Notes under the pieces: model-generated
Databases searched by the model: none
What the model was told of the DNA's origin: nothing
Seen by the model: the letters and a program-made list of their open reading frames with translations, nothing else
Position numbers and translations under genes: made by a program
Shown: positions 60,287 through 64,000 of the stretch, in pieces
How positions within the stretch are numbered: position 1 is the stretch's first letter
Layout of the letters: every line of letters begins with the position of its first letter
DNA from: Macrostomum lignano
Taxonomy: Eukaryota
Reading direction: 5' to 3'
Assembly (NCBI GenBank): GCA_002269645.1
Contig: NIVC01000247.1
Span: forward strand, 124,001-188,000
DNA length: 64,000 nt

Positions 60287-62169
60287 GCCGAAATCTAAAC
60301 CGATTGAAATTTTTAGAAAAGATTTGAGAAAATTCTTCAAAACACACGAGATCTCAGTTTAAATCTCGTCGAACGCTGCTAAGATGGCAGAGAGAAACGC
60401 CTGCCGACTGAGGGCATGCATGAATTCAATAATAGGTAAGCAAACTGTTGGAATGGATCTAATAGTGAGTGCATTATAATCCATTTTAACTAATACCACA
60501 ATTATTGTTGTGTTATTCTGCTGGAATGCATCTACCTATTATTTACATGGCTAGGACTTACATCATTTTTTGTTTTATTTTTCTGTTTAAAATTAAAAAA
60601 ACCCTGACTTTTGAATATTCAGTATTACAATTTTTATAAGTTTTTTTTCTATGAAATTCTAAAAAAGAATTTAGAAGTTGGTTCTTTATAAAAAAAGTTT
60701 TCTTTTCTATTCTAGTTGAATTTAAATTTGAAAAGTTAGCACACCATGCATGTGGTACTAGCATCATTGAATTAGGCTACAGTCTAGAGGTTGGACAAGA
60801 TCTTAATCTTGCAATCAATAAACACTTTTCTCAATTTAATCTTGATTTAAGAAAGTGCTAAGAACCTGAGATATAAAATAAGGTAAAATAAAGAGCCCTA
60901 GCCCCTAGGCTTAGATACCAATACTTTGAATATATCATAGATATCTAGACATCAATATAAATACATTGAATTCAAACTGATTCAAATTAGTGCTAAAAAT
61001 TTAACTTATTTAGTGTTACTCAAATTATGGGATCAATAGTGTCCAGCCCTTAGGCTAGTCCCTAGCCCTATTTAGGTCAGAATAGAATATAAAAACTAGA
61101 ATTTTATTTTGGTATAAACTTGCCATGATCTGTACTGATTTTTAGTCTTCTAATCTAAGGACAAAATATATTAATGTATTTTAGTCAATGGGTTTTTCCT
61201 CATAGACAAATTGTCTAACAAGATTTGCTAGTCAATATTTAAATACCAAGTTTTTCCTCTTGATATTGGCCAAGAGGTTGTTGTGCAATCTTAACCCATG
61301 AGGGCCACTTCCCTTTATACTTTTTGCAAGATGTTTGGTATGCAATGTTATGCTTGGTGCACTCAGTGTGCAGTGTATGATGTTTAATGCGCATCTATGG
61401 ACTTTGACCTTATTGGAATAAATTAACAAATTTCAGATAACCATCTATTGCATTTTCAATATTTACTAGAGTTACATTGTGGTAGAAGGCAACATTGCAC
61501 ATTGTGTCATATTGCAATTGATGGGTGGCAGTGATAACAATACCACAAGAGTAACATAATTATCATTAAGACTTTGAATATAAGGTTTAAGAACATTTTA
61601 GAACACTTCATTTTTAGGCTTTTTATACTTTGGCAATCTTCTAGTTTTGCACATTTAATTATTTTAAAGCATTTTTAATTATTTTCAGCAAAGCAATCAT
61701 GGCTGGGCGCCTTGCAGCACCAACAACTATTTTTCTGGTCCCAGACCTAGGACCTGCTGCTGATCTGTGCAACCTGAACCCCTTGATATGTGAGTTCAGT
61801 GCAATTATGGCTACCAATGATGCGATGATCCCCTGGCTAGCCACGTATCACCTGCTGGCCAATGCCCAATCATTTGATGGTGAACCACCAGCTGCACTTT
61901 GTGGACCATACATGCGCAACAGTTGGCCAAGTTGGCTGATCCAGCCAACTGATTTGGTGGCCAGCCAAGACAAGTTGCAAAAATGCCCACCTAAATAGAT
62001 ACCGAAGTAGTACTAAGTAGATGATGAGGCATTTTTCTTTAATAAGACAGTTATAGATAGTTACTCCTGCTGTTTACCTAGAGTTGCGTTAATTTTGCTT
62101 TAGGGTTTCTTTTACATGTAAGGCGCATTTTTGGCTAAAAACTATGTCGCATTTTTGTTAAAACTAAGT

Positions 62170-62350
62170 CACAGTGAACCGAATTTTGGAAGTAGCACAT
62201 GTATATTGTGGATCCTAACCACCCAGAAGTCCACACGAACATAGTAGAGAGCACATGGGCCCACACTAAGGCCCATTTCAGGGCCATGCATGGCACGTCT
62301 AAGGCCCTATTCGACACCCACTTGGACAATTTCTCTGGCATCGCTGACAC
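62170..62350 (+). pseudogene. Merlin/IS1595-like (ISXO2) transposase C-terminal remnant
   Basis: TVN...YIVDP.HPEVHTNIVESTWAHTK......GTS......HL..FLWHR resembles the TVNH..FVDP..G.HTN.IE..W...K...YL.EF.WR motif. Confidence 0.65.
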
Positions 62351-64000
62351 CCACGCAACACCTTTGGAAATATCCTTTTCTGGGTAGTGCACTTGCACTA
62401 TTATGCCATCTGAGACATAAAACATAAAACAAAACTGTCGTTAACTATCATTTTAAAAACAGTTTGAATTAAACGTGCAAAACTAGAAGATTGCCTAAAC
62501 TTTTTTGATAGGATTCATTCTGGCACAGGCATGCCATGATCTTGACTATAGATCTTGACAATGCCAATTTGTCTAAGTGAATTGCTTGGCAAGTTTTTTC
62601 CCATTGAGGTTCGCCCACAATGTTTATTTCCTATTAAGCATTCAGTCATGTGGCAGATTTTGTCTACATTGTCATTGTCCCTAAAGCTTAGTAAGTCTAA
62701 AAAGATTAAAAAAAGATTTAGTTAGAATGGCAACAATATGGCATAATATAGGCCTAGGCACTATACTAAATTCATAAATTAGGCCTAAATAGCTCACCAA
62801 AGACAGTCACAATGTAGGCCTAATGACAATGTATATAGGCCTATCCCTGTTAGACCCTGTATAGGCAGGCGATAGGCCTAATTATTAGTTAATAGTTATA
62901 TATATACTAATATACATTAATATAGTTAGGCCCTACTTTAAAGCTACTTAGTTGACAGGAATGTTTCTTTATTTTAAATGGCCAAATGGCCAAATGGCCA
63001 AGCATAATAACTCGTTTAGTTAGCATATTGGTTTTTTTAATAAACCTTCCATATTATTATATTAAGCTTTGAGGAATGCCATACACTTGTACTAAAAAAG
63101 TTAACGAACCTACAAGTAAAACCTAAACCTGCCTGCTACAGTTAAACCTATAGTATTCTGTTATTTTTAGGTTAGGACTTGTCTTTCGTCTTTACTAATT
63201 AGCTGGTTAGGAGTTTCGGTAGTTTTCTACATTACAGGTTTAAAGCATTTCAAAAGATGATTTTGTTTAATTTTTGGATTGTTGTTAATGGAATTGCAAG
63301 TATTGAAAAAATTAAAAAATACTCGCTAACTTTGCATAAAATAAAACAAAAAGTTTTAAAAAACGCGTTCTTTCTGTAAAAAATCGAAACAAAATTAAAA
63401 CACCTTTTATTTGAAAAACTATGCGTTAGTTTTAAGCTTTTTTAAATAGTTTATGATATACATAACGCAGACCGGTATTAATAGAAAAGGTATAGTATAG
63501 TGCTACAACTGGAGGGAGACGATGTCCATTCAACAGGCATAGCTCGATTTTAGCTCAAAAATAAAGAGAAATAAAATTAAAAACCTTCGCTGATTGCTTT
63601 CAATTTTCTAGGAGGCTCCTCTTCCCTATGAAGAATGAAAATCCACTTGGAACGGCATACATGTATCTCGATCAAAGAAGTACATACACATCGTAATAGC
63701 AATGACTGACTCGATGACTTAGTCGTCCGTTGGACATTTTTTGCAAGGACCACTGTAGCTACAGAGTTATACTTCAGTATAACAGTAATTGATATTGTTA
63801 CATGTGCTGTACAGTTTTTTGAGACTGCACCGCGGCGGGTGCTCGCGCACGACAATTCAAGATCTACCAAGTTCCGGGAAAGAAGATAATCGTTCCGGAC
63901 TTTATTTCGTATCACGGTTGCGGTGAGGAGGACTCGGCGGAGCTCCAAGTGTCGGGGCGCTTCATATCGTGACACCAAACTGTCCAATTCAAGACATCTC

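Overview
Eukaryotic (metazoan) genomic DNA with GT-AG introns, GC-rich exons and a very high load of minisatellites and transposons. The style is compatible with a free-living flatworm such as Macrostomum, but that assignment is inference only. Host genes: a C-type-lectin-like membrane protein (+), RPS7 (+), a MARVEL-domain protein (-), mitochondrial MnSOD (-), an atonal-family bHLH (+), a divergent beta-catenin (-), and a decayed Lin-28-like pseudogene (+). Mobile DNA: an apparently intact Chapaev-type (RAG1/Transib-related) DNA transposon with 125-bp TIRs and a 4-bp TSD, two Ty3/Gypsy LTR elements (one near-intact, one lacking RT/RNase H), an I-group LINE, and remnants of CACTA/EnSpm, mariner and Merlin transposases. 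The most striking structure is a Russian doll in intron 1 of the MARVEL gene. A 5'-truncated R2-clade (RLE-endonuclease) retrotransposon sits exactly between the two halves of a short 18S rDNA segment (...GCAAAGCTG / TAAAGGAATTGACGG...). That whole 1.44-kb 18S+retroelement piece interrupts a LINE RT domain. This is direct junction evidence for an 18S-targeting (R8-like) retrotransposon in this organism. Most long ORFs in the supplied track are artefacts of tandem repeats. All coordinates were read by eye; repeat boundaries are approximate.
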